Shown here piece after piece: positions 39,194 to 49,770 of a stretch of 64,000 nucleotides of DNA (its first letter is position 1; each line of letters starts with the position of its first letter). The stretch spans positions 67,264 through 131,263 of the forward strand of contig JBEPZV010000004.1 in the NCBI GenBank assembly GCA_041640655.1, written 5' to 3'. The DNA comes from a bacterium. GTDB taxonomy: Bacteria > Acidobacteriota > Blastocatellia > HR10. The notes below the pieces were generated by a model that worked only from the letters and a program-made list of their open reading frames with translations, made no database searches and was not told the DNA's origin. Position numbers and translations under genes: made by a program.

Positions 39194-41386
39194 TCACGTC
39201 GTCCGAGTGGCATCCGGGAGGACCTCGACGATCTCGCTGCGGAACGCGGGCATGCCGCATTCGGGATCGCGCGCCTCACGCCGGATGAGCACGTTGGCTT
39301 CGGGCCAGTAGAGCATCACCACGCCGGGGCGGACCGCTCCCGAGCGCGCGCGTCCGCGAAATTCTCCAATTGCCGATCGCACGCGGACAGGATCACCCTC
39401 GCGGAGGCCGAGACGCTCCAGGTCCTCCGGAGCTAGGATCACATCATCGCGCCGCGCATCGGCCAGCACGTCGTGATCGCCGAAGCGCATGCTGTTGAAC
39501 TGCTTGCCGCGCCGCGTCGTCAGTTGGAACCGGCCCTCGGGGATTTCGCGCTCCTGAGGGACAAGCGGTGTGAAGCGCGCCCGCCCCGTCGGTGTGGGGA
39601 ATCGCCCATCTTCCCCCAAGCGCGGGCCGCCCCACTGCAGCTGATCTCCCGGGCGTCGCAATCGCTGGATGCCGTCGTAGAAGGGCACGATCCGGGCGAT
39701 CTCCTCCCGAATCTCCGCCGTTGAGGCGAAGGCGATCTTCGCCGCCAGATCGGGGCGCACGCGCTGAGCCAGCTCCACGAGCACGCGCCATTCATCGCGC
39801 GCTTGCTCCAGGCGCGGGCCCGGGATCTCCGGATTGAAGATGATGCGGCGCTCGGTCGTCGTCTCCGTATTCCCTCCGGCCATCTCGTAGCGCGTGGTCG
39901 CGGGCAGGATCAGGACCACATCGGCCGGTTCCACGAGCATCTGCGGATTGAGGACGATGTCGTGATGCACGCGCAGCGGGATGCGCGCCAGGGCCTCGCG
40001 CACGAATCGGCTATCGGGCAATACGCCGATGAGGTTGCTGCCGATCAGGTAGAACACATCCAGCGCTCCCCGATGCGCCGCTTCGATCATCTCCGCGACG
40101 ACGTATCCGCGCCAGGCGGGAACGGGAAATCCCCACTGCCGCGCCAGCTCCTCCGCGCTCTGCTCCGTGATCGGAACGCCGCCGGGGAAGTGATGGGGGA
40201 CGGCGCCCATCTCCGCTCCCCCTTGAACGCCCGAGTGGCCGCGAATGGCGACGAGCCCACAGTGGGGGCGTCCGATCATGCCGCGCGCCAGCGCCACGTT
40301 GACGATGGCTTTGACGTTGGCCACGCCGTGCTCGTGCATGGTCACTCCCATGGACCAGATGAAGACGGCCGTGCGGGCGCGCGCATACAAGCGCGCGAAA
40401 TCGAGCATCCGCTCGCGCGTCGTGCCCGAGAGGCGTTCCAACTGCTCGAAGCTCTGCCGCTCCAGCTCGCGCACCAGATCCTCCCACCCGTCCGTGTGCC
40501 GTGCGATGAAGGCGTGATCCACCCAGTCATGAGCGATGAGGTGCTTCAGGACGCCGTTCAAGAACGCGATGTCACCGCCCACGCGAATCTGGAAGAACTC
40601 GTCGGCGACGCGCGTTCCAAAGAGCGCCGAGTCCAGCGCGGAGGGGACCCAATAGCGCTCCAGTCCCGGCTCGCGATACGGATTGATGACGACGACGCGC
40701 GTGCCCTGCTTCTTCGCCAGGTGGATGTACTTCATCGCCACCGGCTGATTGTTGGCGAGGTTGCTGCCGATGAGCACGAGCAGGTCCGTCCCGATCCAAT
40801 CCCGATAGCTGCACGTGGAGGCCGCGTAGCCGATCGTCTGCTTGAGCGCCGTCGTGCTCGGCGCGTGGCAGATGCGCGCCGAATTGTCGATATGGTTGGT
40901 GCCGAGCGCGCGGGCGACCTTCTGCGCCACGTAGTAGGTCTCGTTCACCGTCCCGCGCGAGACCAGGTAGAAGGCGATTCGTTCGGGCACCGTCGCGCGC
41001 ATCCGTTCGGCGATGAGATCGAGCGCGTCATCCCAGGAGATCGGTCGGAAGCCGCCCTCGCCCCGACGGCGCCACAGCGGCACGGGCACACGTCCGAGCC
41101 GACGCAATTGGGGCTCACTCATCTGCTCCAGCTGCGTCGCGTCGCGCAGCAGCTCCGGGTCCAACGGCCCCATCGTGTTCACGCGGAGCAGATTGAGCCG
41201 AATCCAGCAGAGGTGAATCCCCGGGATCGTCCAATCGCGCAATCCGCTTGTGCCGAGCGCGCATCCGTCGCACACGCCGCGCGTCAGGATCCGCCAGGCG
41301 TAGCCGAGGCGGTCGCGATTCTCCCAGATGGCGCGAAAGACTTCCAGATAGGAGTTGATCCGTCGCCTGTGCTCGCCTCTCATCAT
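39194..41386 (-). CDS. FdhF/YdeP-family molybdopterin oxidoreductase
   Basis: CDGCALG, NSARICH, RGHSGVQG, TRRGKQFNS; adjacent to fdhD. Confidence 0.9.
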   Translation of the reverse strand: MMRGEHRRRINSYLEVFRAIWENRDRLGYAWRILTRGVCDGCALGTSGLRDWTIPGIHLCWIRLNLLRVNTMGPLDPELLRDATQLEQMSEPQLRRLGRVPVPLWRRRGEGGFRPISWDDALDLIAERMRATVPERIAFYLVSRGTVNETYYVAQKVARALGTNHIDNSARICHAPSTTALKQTIGYAASTCSYRDWIGTDLLVLIGSNLANNQPVAMKYIHLAKKQGTRVVVINPYREPGLERYWVPSALDSALFGTRVADEFFQIRVGGDIAFLNGVLKHLIAHDWVDHAFIARHTDGWEDLVRELERQSFEQLERLSGTTRERMLDFARLYARARTAVFIWSMGVTMHEHGVANVKAIVNVALARGMIGRPHCGLVAIRGHSGVQGGAEMGAVPHHFPGGVPITEQSAEELARQWGFPVPAWRGYVVAEMIEAAHRGALDVFYLIGSNLIGVLPDSRFVREALARIPLRVHHDIVLNPQMLVEPADVVLILPATTRYEMAGGNTETTTERRIIFNPEIPGPRLEQARDEWRVLVELAQRVRPDLAAKIAFASTAEIREEIARIVPFYDGIQRLRRPGDQLQWGGPRLGEDGRFPTPTGRARFTPLVPQEREIPEGRFQLTTRRGKQFNSMRFGDHDVLADARRDDVILAPEDLERLGLREGDPVRVRSAIGEFRGRARSGAVRPGVVMLYWPEANVLIRREARDPECGMPAFRSEIVEVLPDATRTT

Positions 41387-41494
41387 GCCCTCCCGGTGAA
41401 CAGAGAGAGTGTACAGAGGCCTCCGCTTCGGGTCAACGAGGGGGAGACCGCCGCGCCGACCGGCGATCTTCAATCCGGCGCGCGCCGCCTCCGT

Positions 41495-42196
41495 TCACAG
41501 TTCGCCGTGGGCGGCGAAGCTCCAGTAGCGATTGTGTCCGATGATGAGATGATCGAGCAGCGCGATCTCCATCAGGCGGCAGGCCTCTTTCAACTCGCGC
41601 GTGAGCATTCGGTCTTGGGGACTCGGTTCCGGATTCCCCGAGGGATGGTTGTGCGCGCAGATGAGCGCCGCCGCGCCGTGATGTAAGGCCCGCTTGATGA
41701 CTTCGCGCGGGTGGACGGCGCTGACATTGATCGTGCCGCGGAACAGCTCCTCGATGGCCAGGATCTCGTTCTTGCTGTTCAGGAAGAGGACGGTGAAGAC
41801 TTCGCGATCCAGATCGCGCATGGAGTGGGCCAGGAGCTGATAGACATCGTCGGGATTTCGAATCGCGCGACGCTGTTCGAGTTGCTCGCGCAGGTATCGC
41901 TTGCTCAACTCGATCGTAGCCAGCAGCGTCGCGATCTTCGCATCGCCGAGCCCCTTGACGGCGCGCAGCTCGCGATAGTCGGCGGCGAAGAGCCCGCGCA
42001 ATCCCTGGAATCGCTGCAAGAGCGCGCGCGCCAGGTCCACGGCGCTGCGACCGCTGACGCCCGTGCGCAGGAAGATGGCCAGCAGCTCTGCATCCGAGAG
42101 CGATTCGGGGCCGTGCTTGAGCAAGCGTTCGCGGGGCCGCTCATGGCGGGGCCAATACTTGATGGCATCCTCGCGCAGCGGTTCTCTCCTCGTCAT
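41495..42196 (-). CDS. radC: RadC (JAB domain) protein
   Basis: RPRERL, LSDAELLAI, HNHPSG, LLDHLII. Confidence 0.93.
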   Translation of the reverse strand: MTRREPLREDAIKYWPRHERPRERLLKHGPESLSDAELLAIFLRTGVSGRSAVDLARALLQRFQGLRGLFAADYRELRAVKGLGDAKIATLLATIELSKRYLREQLEQRRAIRNPDDVYQLLAHSMRDLDREVFTVLFLNSKNEILAIEELFRGTINVSAVHPREVIKRALHHGAAALICAHNHPSGNPEPSPQDRMLTRELKEACRLMEIALLDHLIIGHNRYWSFAAHGEL

Positions 42197-42206
42197 GGGC
42201 GGTCAT

Positions 42207-42234
42207 CGGAGGGGATCGGTGCCGATCCCCTCCG
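42207..42234. other. Perfect GC-rich hairpin between the aldolase gene and radC
   Basis: CGGAGGGGATCGG-TG-CCGATCCCCTCCG; no U-tract. Confidence 0.6.
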
Positions 42235-42244
42235 GAAGCGAGTC

Positions 42245-43327
42245 TCAGGCGCGGACGCCCGCTTGATACCGCCGATACCACTCTTCCCCTTGATGCTGAA
42301 GGCGAATGTTGAAGCGGCCACCGAAGCGGCGATGCTCGAACCAGGGCGTCGCGCGCTCGGCGATCTCATTGAGGCGGCGGAAATTCTCCCGGGCCTGCGT
42401 CTCCAGCGCCCGCACCAACTTCGCCTCATCCGGGTAGAGGGCGACAGCATCCTTCCAGATCGCGCGCCCGCAGAGGAAGCCGTTGGCGCCAGCCTCAACG
42501 GCCAGGCGCGTGTTCTCGATGAACTCCTCAATGTCCACGCCCGCGCTCAAGATGACCCACGGCACGCCCGCCGCTTCGTTCAGCTCCCGACAGTAGGCCC
42601 TCACCTCCTCGAGCGTGTACACGGGCTCGACGTCCTTCTTCCCGAAGGGCGCCGATTGGAACTCCCGGCAGTATTTCAGATTCGCCGGGAATTCGAGCTT
42701 GAGCACATCCACCTGGTATTCGGGCTTGGAGAATTCGCGCGCGCTTCGGATGACGATCTGCGGCTTCTGCCGCGCGTACTCCGGTGTGTTCGTGCCGCCA
42801 CCGTCGAGCGCATATCCGACCGTCTCCAGCAGGAATGGGATATCCAATTCCGCGCACTCCTGGCCCACGCGTCGCACGAGGTCCTGTTGATGCTGCCGCG
42901 CCCGCTCATCCGCATCCGGGTGGTAGTAGAGCAACAGCTTCACGGCGTCCGCCCCCGCCGCGCGCGCCTTCCACGCGCTCCATCCCTCGATGAGTTTGCT
43001 GTACCGGCTCTTGCCCACAGCTTCGTATCCGGTCTCCTCATACGCCAGCAGCAGCCCCACGTGTCCGGGGATATAGGCGATCGAGTACGGGTATCCGTAG
43101 ACCGGATCGGTGAGCACGGCCGTCGCCATGGGCGCGAGGGTCTTCGTCACCAGTTGCTTCACGCGCGCGATCTCCTCAAACGTCACCTGCTCTCTGGGCT
43201 TACCCGAGGAGCGCGCGAGCGACTCAATGAGCGATCCGCGCTGATCAATGGCCATCATCTTGAATCGGCCCGCCGCATCGGCCAGCCGCATGAGCCCGCG
43301 AAACTTCCCCGCGGAGATCTCCGTCAT
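42245..43327 (-). CDS. Tagatose-1,6-bisphosphate aldolase-like class I aldolase (LacD family)
   Basis: AIDQRGSL, AVLTDP, AVKLLLYY, DVLKLEFP, LSAGV, GFLCGRAIW. Confidence 0.85.
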   Translation of the reverse strand: MTEISAGKFRGLMRLADAAGRFKMMAIDQRGSLIESLARSSGKPREQVTFEEIARVKQLVTKTLAPMATAVLTDPVYGYPYSIAYIPGHVGLLLAYEETGYEAVGKSRYSKLIEGWSAWKARAAGADAVKLLLYYHPDADERARQHQQDLVRRVGQECAELDIPFLLETVGYALDGGGTNTPEYARQKPQIVIRSAREFSKPEYQVDVLKLEFPANLKYCREFQSAPFGKKDVEPVYTLEEVRAYCRELNEAAGVPWVILSAGVDIEEFIENTRLAVEAGANGFLCGRAIWKDAVALYPDEAKLVRALETQARENFRRLNEIAERATPWFEHRRFGGRFNIRLQHQGEEWYRRYQAGVRA

Positions 43328-43485
43328 GGTCCCCTCCATGCTCGGTTGATAACACGGACAAGGATAGCGAAATCCCCTCGCCTCGTTCAAGGAACCGACG
43401 ATGTCGCCGGCGTCACGGCCCGCGCAACTTGCCACCTCCAGATGTCCCCGAGGTGGACGGAGGTCCTTATCGGTCCGAAGACCCC

Positions 43486-44442
43486 TCAGAGCGTCGCACG
43501 CCACAACTCCAGGAGCGCGCGAAAATCCTCCGGTGGAGGAGAGTGAAAGCAGAGCCACTCGCCCGTGCGCGGGTGGTGAAAGGCCAGCGTGGACGCATGA
43601 AGGAAGTGGCGCTCGAAACGACAGCCCGCGCGCTGCATCCACGCCTCGAAAGCCGCATGCGCCTCGCCCCCGTAGAGCGCGTCGCCGACCACCGGATGTC
43701 CGATCGCCGCCAGATGGAGACGAATCTGATGCGTGCGACCCGTTCGCGGTCGCGCCTCCAGGAGCGTGAGGCCGCGCGCGCGCTGGAGCACGCGCACCTC
43801 GGTCACCGCTTCGCGCCCCGCGTCCATCACGCGCCAATGGGGATGGTGATCGGGATCCCATCCGATGGGGCGCGCGATCTCCAGCGTCTCCTCGCGAAGC
43901 TCGCCGTGAACGATGGCCACGTACGCTTTGAGGACGCGACGTTCGCGGAAGTGCCGGGCCAGAACGCGATGCGCGTGTTCGGTCTTCGCGATGACGAGCA
44001 ATCCGGAGGTCAGGCGATCGAGCCGATGCACGAGTCCCGGACGCGTCCCCGGCGCGTGCTGGCTCAGGTGGTGACAGAGGGCGTTCAGCAGGGTGCCGGA
44101 GGTCACCTGGCGGCTGGGATGCACGAGCATGCCCGCCGGCTTCTCCACGACGAGGATCGCGTCGTCTTCGAAGAGGATGGGCACGGGAATCGGTTCGGGG
44201 ACGAGGCCGGGCGTCGGCGTCGGATCCAGCGCCACAGTCACCCGATCGCCCGCGCGCAACCGGTAATTGGAGCGAGACGGCTGCCCGTTGACGCGCACGC
44301 GCCCCTCGGCCGTCGCCCGCCGCAGCAGCACGCGACTCACCTGCGGGAAGGCGCGCGCCAGAAAATGGTCGAGCCGCTGTCCCGCTTCGCCCTCTCCGAT
44401 GGAGAAAGCGAAGCCCTCGTTGCACTCGTCCGCCGCGCTCAT
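43486..44442 (-). CDS. rluD: RluA/RluD pseudouridine synthase
   Basis: S4 domain, HRLD, TGRTHQIR. Confidence 0.85.
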   Translation of the reverse strand: MSAADECNEGFAFSIGEGEAGQRLDHFLARAFPQVSRVLLRRATAEGRVRVNGQPSRSNYRLRAGDRVTVALDPTPTPGLVPEPIPVPILFEDDAILVVEKPAGMLVHPSRQVTSGTLLNALCHHLSQHAPGTRPGLVHRLDRLTSGLLVIAKTEHAHRVLARHFRERRVLKAYVAIVHGELREETLEIARPIGWDPDHHPHWRVMDAGREAVTEVRVLQRARGLTLLEARPRTGRTHQIRLHLAAIGHPVVGDALYGGEAHAAFEAWMQRAGCRFERHFLHASTLAFHHPRTGEWLCFHSPPPEDFRALLELWRATL

Positions 44443-44564
44443 CGTTCTCCTGGCAGAGTATACGGGGGGGAATGCCGCGCGGGGAATGCCTCAGTCGGCC
44501 TTCGGCGCATGGTCTCCCGCGCCGTTTCTCGGTATAATGCCCCGACGAAGGGAGGCTCAGGGAC

Positions 44565-45569
44565 GTGCGCGATCGGTATCAACGTCCGGCGAAAGATCTG
44601 CGCATCTCGGTCACCGACCGCTGTAACTTCCGCTGCCTCTACTGCATGCCGCTGCCCGAATACGCGTGGGTGGAGCGCGCGGAGTTGCTCACGTTTGAGG
44701 AGATCGTCCGGCTGACCCGACTGTTCGTCCGACTCGGCGTGGAGAAGATCAAGTTGACGGGAGGGGAGCCGTTGCTCCGACGGAATCTGGAGGCGTTGAT
44801 CGCACAGCTTGTGGTCATTCCCGGCGTGCGCGATCTCTGCGTGACGACCAACGGCGCGCTCCTGGCCGAGAAGGCCGAGCGATTGCGAGCGGCTGGATTG
44901 CCTCGCGTGAACGTGAGCCTGGATACGCTCGACCCCGAGAAGTTCCGGCGCATCACGCAAGGCGGCGATCTGGCGCGCGTGCTCGAGGGGTTGTTCGCGG
45001 CCCAGCGCGTCGGCCTGCATCCGGTGAAGATCAATGCCGTGATCGAACGCGGGGTGAATGAGGAGGACATCATCCCGCTCGCTCGATTCGCGCTCGAGCA
45101 TGGGTTCGCCCTGCGCTTCATCGAATATATGGATGTGGGCACGGTGAATCAGTGGCGGTGGGAGAAGGTCGTCCCGAAGGCGGAGATCGTGCGCATCCTC
45201 GCGCGTGCGTTCCCCCTCCGCGAGGTCGGGCGCGAGCGCGAGAGTGACACGGCCGTGCGATATGAGCTGGCCGACGGACGGGGCGATATCGGCATCATCG
45301 CCTCTGTGACGGAGCCGTTCTGCGCCGGATGCACGCGCGTGCGCCTCACCTCGGATGGGAAGCTCGTGACGTGTCTCTTCTCCGCCGATGGATATGACGT
45401 GAAGGCGCTCCTGCGGGGAGGCGCCTCGGATGAGGAGATCCTCGCCGCCATTCGCCGCGTCTGGGGGGCGCGACGCGATCGCTATTCGGAAGAGCGGCTC
45501 GAGGCGTGGCGCTCCGGCGCTCCCCTTCCGCCGCGACCGCGGATCGAGATGATCCGTCTGGGCGGCTGA
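44565..45569 (+). CDS. moaA: GTP 3',8-cyclase
   Basis: CNFRCLYC, FCAGC..CL, C-terminal GG; TATAAT at 44533 and GGAGG RBS. Confidence 0.95.
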   Translation: MRDRYQRPAKDLRISVTDRCNFRCLYCMPLPEYAWVERAELLTFEEIVRLTRLFVRLGVEKIKLTGGEPLLRRNLEALIAQLVVIPGVRDLCVTTNGALLAEKAERLRAAGLPRVNVSLDTLDPEKFRRITQGGDLARVLEGLFAAQRVGLHPVKINAVIERGVNEEDIIPLARFALEHGFALRFIEYMDVGTVNQWRWEKVVPKAEIVRILARAFPLREVGRERESDTAVRYELADGRGDIGIIASVTEPFCAGCTRVRLTSDGKLVTCLFSADGYDVKALLRGGASDEEILAAIRRVWGARRDRYSEERLEAWRSGAPLPPRPRIEMIRLGG

Positions 45570-45573
45570 GCGC

Positions 45574-46113
45574 TCATTGCGATCTCGGTCGGGGAGGAAG
45601 AGTGAGGATCCTCTCGCCCGCGAACGCATTGAGGGCCTCGGACCGCAGCCGCGTCGCCGTCTTGAGGACGCGTTCGGCATCGGTCGCCAAGCCGATGGGG
45701 AGCGCGCGCGTCAGGGCTTCCAAGTTCTTGAGATGTCTCCGAAGGTGAAGAGTGAAATCCTTGTAGGCGTTCTTGCGCTTCCCCCCGGGAGGAACGGCTT
45801 CGATCCGGGAGAAAGCGTCTTCCAGAAGGGTCTGGTAGGTGTGCAAGAGCGCGAGCGCGGGCTCGAAGCGTTCCTGGTCGGCGAGGCGCTTGCTCTCCTG
45901 AAGCCGCTTCTCCGCATACCCGAGTAACAGGCGGACCTGTTTGGCCGGATTCCGCTCCCGGGTCAGTCGCGCTTGCTCTTCGGGCGTCAACAGCGCGGAG
46001 AGGTCCGCGGCCTGAGGGAAGGCGGGGACGCGCACGATCCCCGACAGAGAGAGCGCGAGGATCGCTCCGAGCGCCTCTTGTCGAATCCATGGTGCCAGCC
46101 GCGAGCGCGTCAT
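45574..46113 (-). CDS. Exported helical hypothetical protein
   Basis: Signal-like N-terminus; follows the TPR gene in the same direction. Confidence 0.6.
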   Translation of the reverse strand: MTRSRLAPWIRQEALGAILALSLSGIVRVPAFPQAADLSALLTPEEQARLTRERNPAKQVRLLLGYAEKRLQESKRLADQERFEPALALLHTYQTLLEDAFSRIEAVPPGGKRKNAYKDFTLHLRRHLKNLEALTRALPIGLATDAERVLKTATRLRSEALNAFAGERILTLPPRPRSQ

Positions 46114-46129
46114 CGTCCTCCGAATGGAG

Positions 46130-47602
46130 TCATCGCCGACGGCGCTTGCTGGCCTCTTCGAGTTGTCGGCGCAGCGCCGGCAGGCGAAAGCGCGCGCTCT
46201 CGATCTCCGTCCGATGCGCGGTCGGATCGGCGAGCGCGAGGAATCGTTCGTACATCGGGAGCGCGCGCTCGTACTCCCGCAGCCGATCATAGCAGATGGC
46301 GAGAAAGTAATAGGCGACGGCCCTGTCCGGCTGGCGTTCGATCACCCAGGCGAATTCGCGAGCCGCCTGCGCGTAGTCTCGCAGCTCGAAATAGGCCGTC
46401 CCCAATCCCGCGTGCGCCGGATAGTTGTTCGGATCGCGAGCGAGGACCTCGGTGAAGACTTCAATCGCTTCGGGGAATCGGCGGAGCTTGAGCAGCGCGG
46501 CTCCCAAGTTCGTGCGATGGACGAGATTCTCCGGATCAAGGCGCGCGGCGCGCTCGAACGCGCGGGCAGCCTTCTCAGGATCGGCTTGAAGCAGCAGCTC
46601 GCCCAGCCGCGCGTGCGCTTGGGGATCCTGGGGGGCGACGTGCGTCCACTGCTCGGCCTGCGCGAGCGCCTCCGTCGGTCGTCCCGCGCGTTCGAGCAAG
46701 GCGATCACCTGCTCGCGCGCCTCGCGATGTGTCGGTTCGCGGGTGAGGATTCGCTGAAAGAGGGCGATGGCCTCCTCGATCCGTCCGGCGAGGGCGTAGG
46801 CCTCGGCCAGGCGTTGCTCGACGGCCGTGGTGGGACGAGCGCGGGCGAGCACCTCCAAGTCCTCGATCGCGCGCGCGTATTCTTTTCGCGCCAGCCGCAG
46901 GCGGCTTCGCGCCTCGCGCGCGGCGAGCGCCATCGGATCGAGCGCGAGCGCCTGATCGTACGCCTGCAACGCGGCCTCCACATCACCCGTGCGTTCCTGC
47001 GCAAGCCCCAGCAGGATGTAGAAGGCGGCTGTCGGGGGACCCAATTCCGCAGCGCGCTGCAATTCGGCGAGCGCTTCGGTCGGGGCGTTGCGCGCCAGAG
47101 CCACGGCGGCCTTCACGATCCGCGCGCGTGGGAATCGCGGATCGAGGGCGAACGCGCGTTGCACGTGCGCCTCGGCTTCCGCGATCTGCCGGCGTTGCAG
47201 CAGCACTTCGGCCGCGAGCGTGTGCGCGCGCGCCAGGAACGCGGCGACGGCGGGATCAGGAGTCGGGTCCTCGCCCATCAGCTCGCGCTCGCGTTCGAGC
47301 AGGCGCCGAAGATCTCTCTCACTCTCCTCCCATCGGTCGAGGGCGAAATAGGCCGCCGCGCGTTGATAGAGCGCCTCGGGGAAATCCGGGAGCCGCTCCA
47401 GGGCCGCCGTGTACAATTCGATGGCCTCCGTCAAACGCCCCTGCTCATGAGCCGCCTGTCCCGCTTCGAATTTCGCCACGGCTTCCGCGCGCGCCTGCTC
47501 CTCCGAGGTCGGCCGTTGAGATGTGGTCGGCGATGAAGCGCGCGCCGAGGGGCTGACGCCGATCGGAGCAAGCAGCAGTAGGAGAAGGACGACTGTCCGC
47601 AT
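46130..47602 (-). CDS. Exported TPR protein
   Basis: Signal peptide MRTVVLLLLLLAP; many TPR repeats. Confidence 0.88.
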   Translation of the reverse strand: MRTVVLLLLLLAPIGVSPSARASSPTTSQRPTSEEQARAEAVAKFEAGQAAHEQGRLTEAIELYTAALERLPDFPEALYQRAAAYFALDRWEESERDLRRLLERERELMGEDPTPDPAVAAFLARAHTLAAEVLLQRRQIAEAEAHVQRAFALDPRFPRARIVKAAVALARNAPTEALAELQRAAELGPPTAAFYILLGLAQERTGDVEAALQAYDQALALDPMALAAREARSRLRLARKEYARAIEDLEVLARARPTTAVEQRLAEAYALAGRIEEAIALFQRILTREPTHREAREQVIALLERAGRPTEALAQAEQWTHVAPQDPQAHARLGELLLQADPEKAARAFERAARLDPENLVHRTNLGAALLKLRRFPEAIEVFTEVLARDPNNYPAHAGLGTAYFELRDYAQAAREFAWVIERQPDRAVAYYFLAICYDRLREYERALPMYERFLALADPTAHRTEIESARFRLPALRRQLEEASKRRRR

Positions 47603-48040
47603 GTTTCCCATCTCCCTCTCTGCGGAGACAATGGTAGCACAGTTCTCCGCTCGCCGCATCTCATCGCGGGCACGTGCGCATTGCGCGGCGGAGGCGCGTG
47701 GACGAGGATGCCTCGTCCCCGGCCGATCGCTTCGGTGATCCGGAGCTGAGGTCCGCCCTTCCTCCCACGTGGAAGAACGCGCGGACTCGAGAGCCATCCG
47801 AAGCAGGTGGCATTCGCCGGCGCACGAGCATCGGGTTCGCCCCTCGCGATCTCGGTGAAGCGCCCCGACGCCGGCGCGAGCGAGGGCGCGTCGTCGTCAG
47901 GCTCCTCCCCCTCCGCTCACTTGCCCCTCACCGGAAGAGGTGTGTAGAATGCCTTTCGTTCGCGGATATGGCGAAGAGGCGAGCCGAGATCACGCCTTCA
48001 GGCGAGGGGGTGCGCTCGGAGAGATCCCTGAGGGGAGAAG

Positions 48041-49708
48041 GTGGCCGTGAGTGCGAAGCTGGAGATCATTCCGCTTGGCGGGTTAGGGGAATTCGGGATG
48101 AACATGCTGGCCCTGCGCGCTGAGGAGGACATTCTCCTCATTGATGCAGGTCTGATGTTCCCCGACGAGAGCTTGCATGGGGTGGACGTCGTCATCCCCG
48201 ACTTCCGGTTCATCGAGGCGAACGCCGCGCGCGTGCGCGCGCTCATCCTCACGCATGCTCACGAAGATCACATCGGCGCGCTGCCCTATCTGTTGAAGAT
48301 CGTCAACGTGCCGGTTTATGGCACGCGCTTCACGTTGGCCGTGGCGCAGCACAAGCTGATCGAGCATGGGCTGCTGAGCGAGGCCGAGCTGCATGTCGTC
48401 GAGCCGGGGGATTTCGTCGAGACCGGGCCGTTTGAGATCGAGTTCATCGGGGCCGCGCATTCGACGATTGACTGTGTGGCCTTGGCCATTCGGACGCCGG
48501 TGGGGATCATCGTGCATCTGACCGACGTGAAGCTCGACGAGGAGCCGATCATCGGCGAGCCGACCGATCTCACGCGATTGCGCCAGTATGGTGACCGGGG
48601 CGTGCTCGCGCTCCTGGCCGATTCGACGAATGTGGAGCGGAGCGGTCGAACGCCCTCGGAGCGCGCCGTCATCCCGGCGCTGGAGGAGATCTTCGAGCAG
48701 GCGCCCGGTCGCTTGATCTTCAGTTGCTTCGCCTCCTCGATCCATCGGATTCAGATCATCATGGATCTGGCGTACGAATATGATTGTCGGCTCGCCGTGG
48801 TCGGTTCGACGATGGTGCGCATGGTGGAGACGGCGATGGCCGAGCGGTATCTCGACGTGCCGCCCGGGCTGCTCATCCCCCCGCACGATGTGCCGCGCTG
48901 GCCGCGCGAGCGCGTGGCCATGCTCGTCACCGGCTGTCAGGGGGAGCCCATGGCGGCGCTCGCCCGCATGGCCACCGGATCGTACAAGCAGCTTCGGATC
49001 GAACCCGAGGACACGGTCGTCCTCTCGGCGCGCATCATCCCGGGGAACGAACGGGCCATCTCGCGGCTCATGGACCATATCTATCGGCGCGGCGCGCGCG
49101 TCGTGGACGAGACGACCAAGCGCGTGCACGTCTCCGGGCACCCGTCGCAGGACGATTTGCGGGAATTCTATCGCGCCCTGCGTCCGAAATATTTGATCCC
49201 GATTCACGGCGATTATCGGCGGCTCTGCCGCCATAAGGAGTTCGCCTGCGCGGTCGGATTCCATCCGGATCAGGTCCTTGTCGTCGAGAACGGACAGATC
49301 GTCGAGCTGGACCGCGAGGGGGCGCGCCTGAGCGGCGCGACCGTCCCGGTCGGACGCACCTTCATTGACGAGGCGGGCTTCGAGGAGATCGAGGAGTTCA
49401 TCATCCACGATCGGCGACATCTGGCCGAGGACGGCTTCGTCCTCCCCATCGTCGTCATCAACAAGACGACGGGCGAGCTGGAGGCCGAGCCCGAGATCGT
49501 CACGCGCGGCTTCGTCGCCTCGGAGAATGGCGAGGAGCTGCTCGACCGCGCCCGCGAGCGCGTCCTGGAGACGATCGCCGCCGCCGATCCCGATGAGCGA
49601 ACCGATGGCGCCGTCATGAAGGAGAAACTTCGGGTCGAGCTGAAGCGGTGGATCGCCAAGCAGACCGACCGGCATCCGATGATCATCCCGGTGGTCATCG
49701 AGATCTGA
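48041..49708 (+). CDS. rnj: Ribonuclease J
   Basis: PLGGLGEFGMN, THAHEDHIG, HVSGH, PIHGD. Confidence 0.95.
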   Translation: MAVSAKLEIIPLGGLGEFGMNMLALRAEEDILLIDAGLMFPDESLHGVDVVIPDFRFIEANAARVRALILTHAHEDHIGALPYLLKIVNVPVYGTRFTLAVAQHKLIEHGLLSEAELHVVEPGDFVETGPFEIEFIGAAHSTIDCVALAIRTPVGIIVHLTDVKLDEEPIIGEPTDLTRLRQYGDRGVLALLADSTNVERSGRTPSERAVIPALEEIFEQAPGRLIFSCFASSIHRIQIIMDLAYEYDCRLAVVGSTMVRMVETAMAERYLDVPPGLLIPPHDVPRWPRERVAMLVTGCQGEPMAALARMATGSYKQLRIEPEDTVVLSARIIPGNERAISRLMDHIYRRGARVVDETTKRVHVSGHPSQDDLREFYRALRPKYLIPIHGDYRRLCRHKEFACAVGFHPDQVLVVENGQIVELDREGARLSGATVPVGRTFIDEAGFEEIEEFIIHDRRHLAEDGFVLPIVVINKTTGELEAEPEIVTRGFVASENGEELLDRARERVLETIAAADPDERTDGAVMKEKLRVELKRWIAKQTDRHPMIIPVVIEI

Positions 49709-49770
49709 GAGCATTCCTCCTCGCCTTCCCGTCTCGAGAGTGAGCGACGCGATCTGGAGGGTCAGCGCGC

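Noticed and set aside
39194..41386. Selenocysteine recoding in the FdhF-like gene
   Set aside because: The active-site position is Cys (ARICH) and there is no in-frame TGA.
43328..44425. Long N-terminal extension of the aldolase ORF (726 aa in the track)
   Set aside because: It overlaps rluD in another frame and is Arg/Ala-rich shadow sequence; the real start is near 43327.
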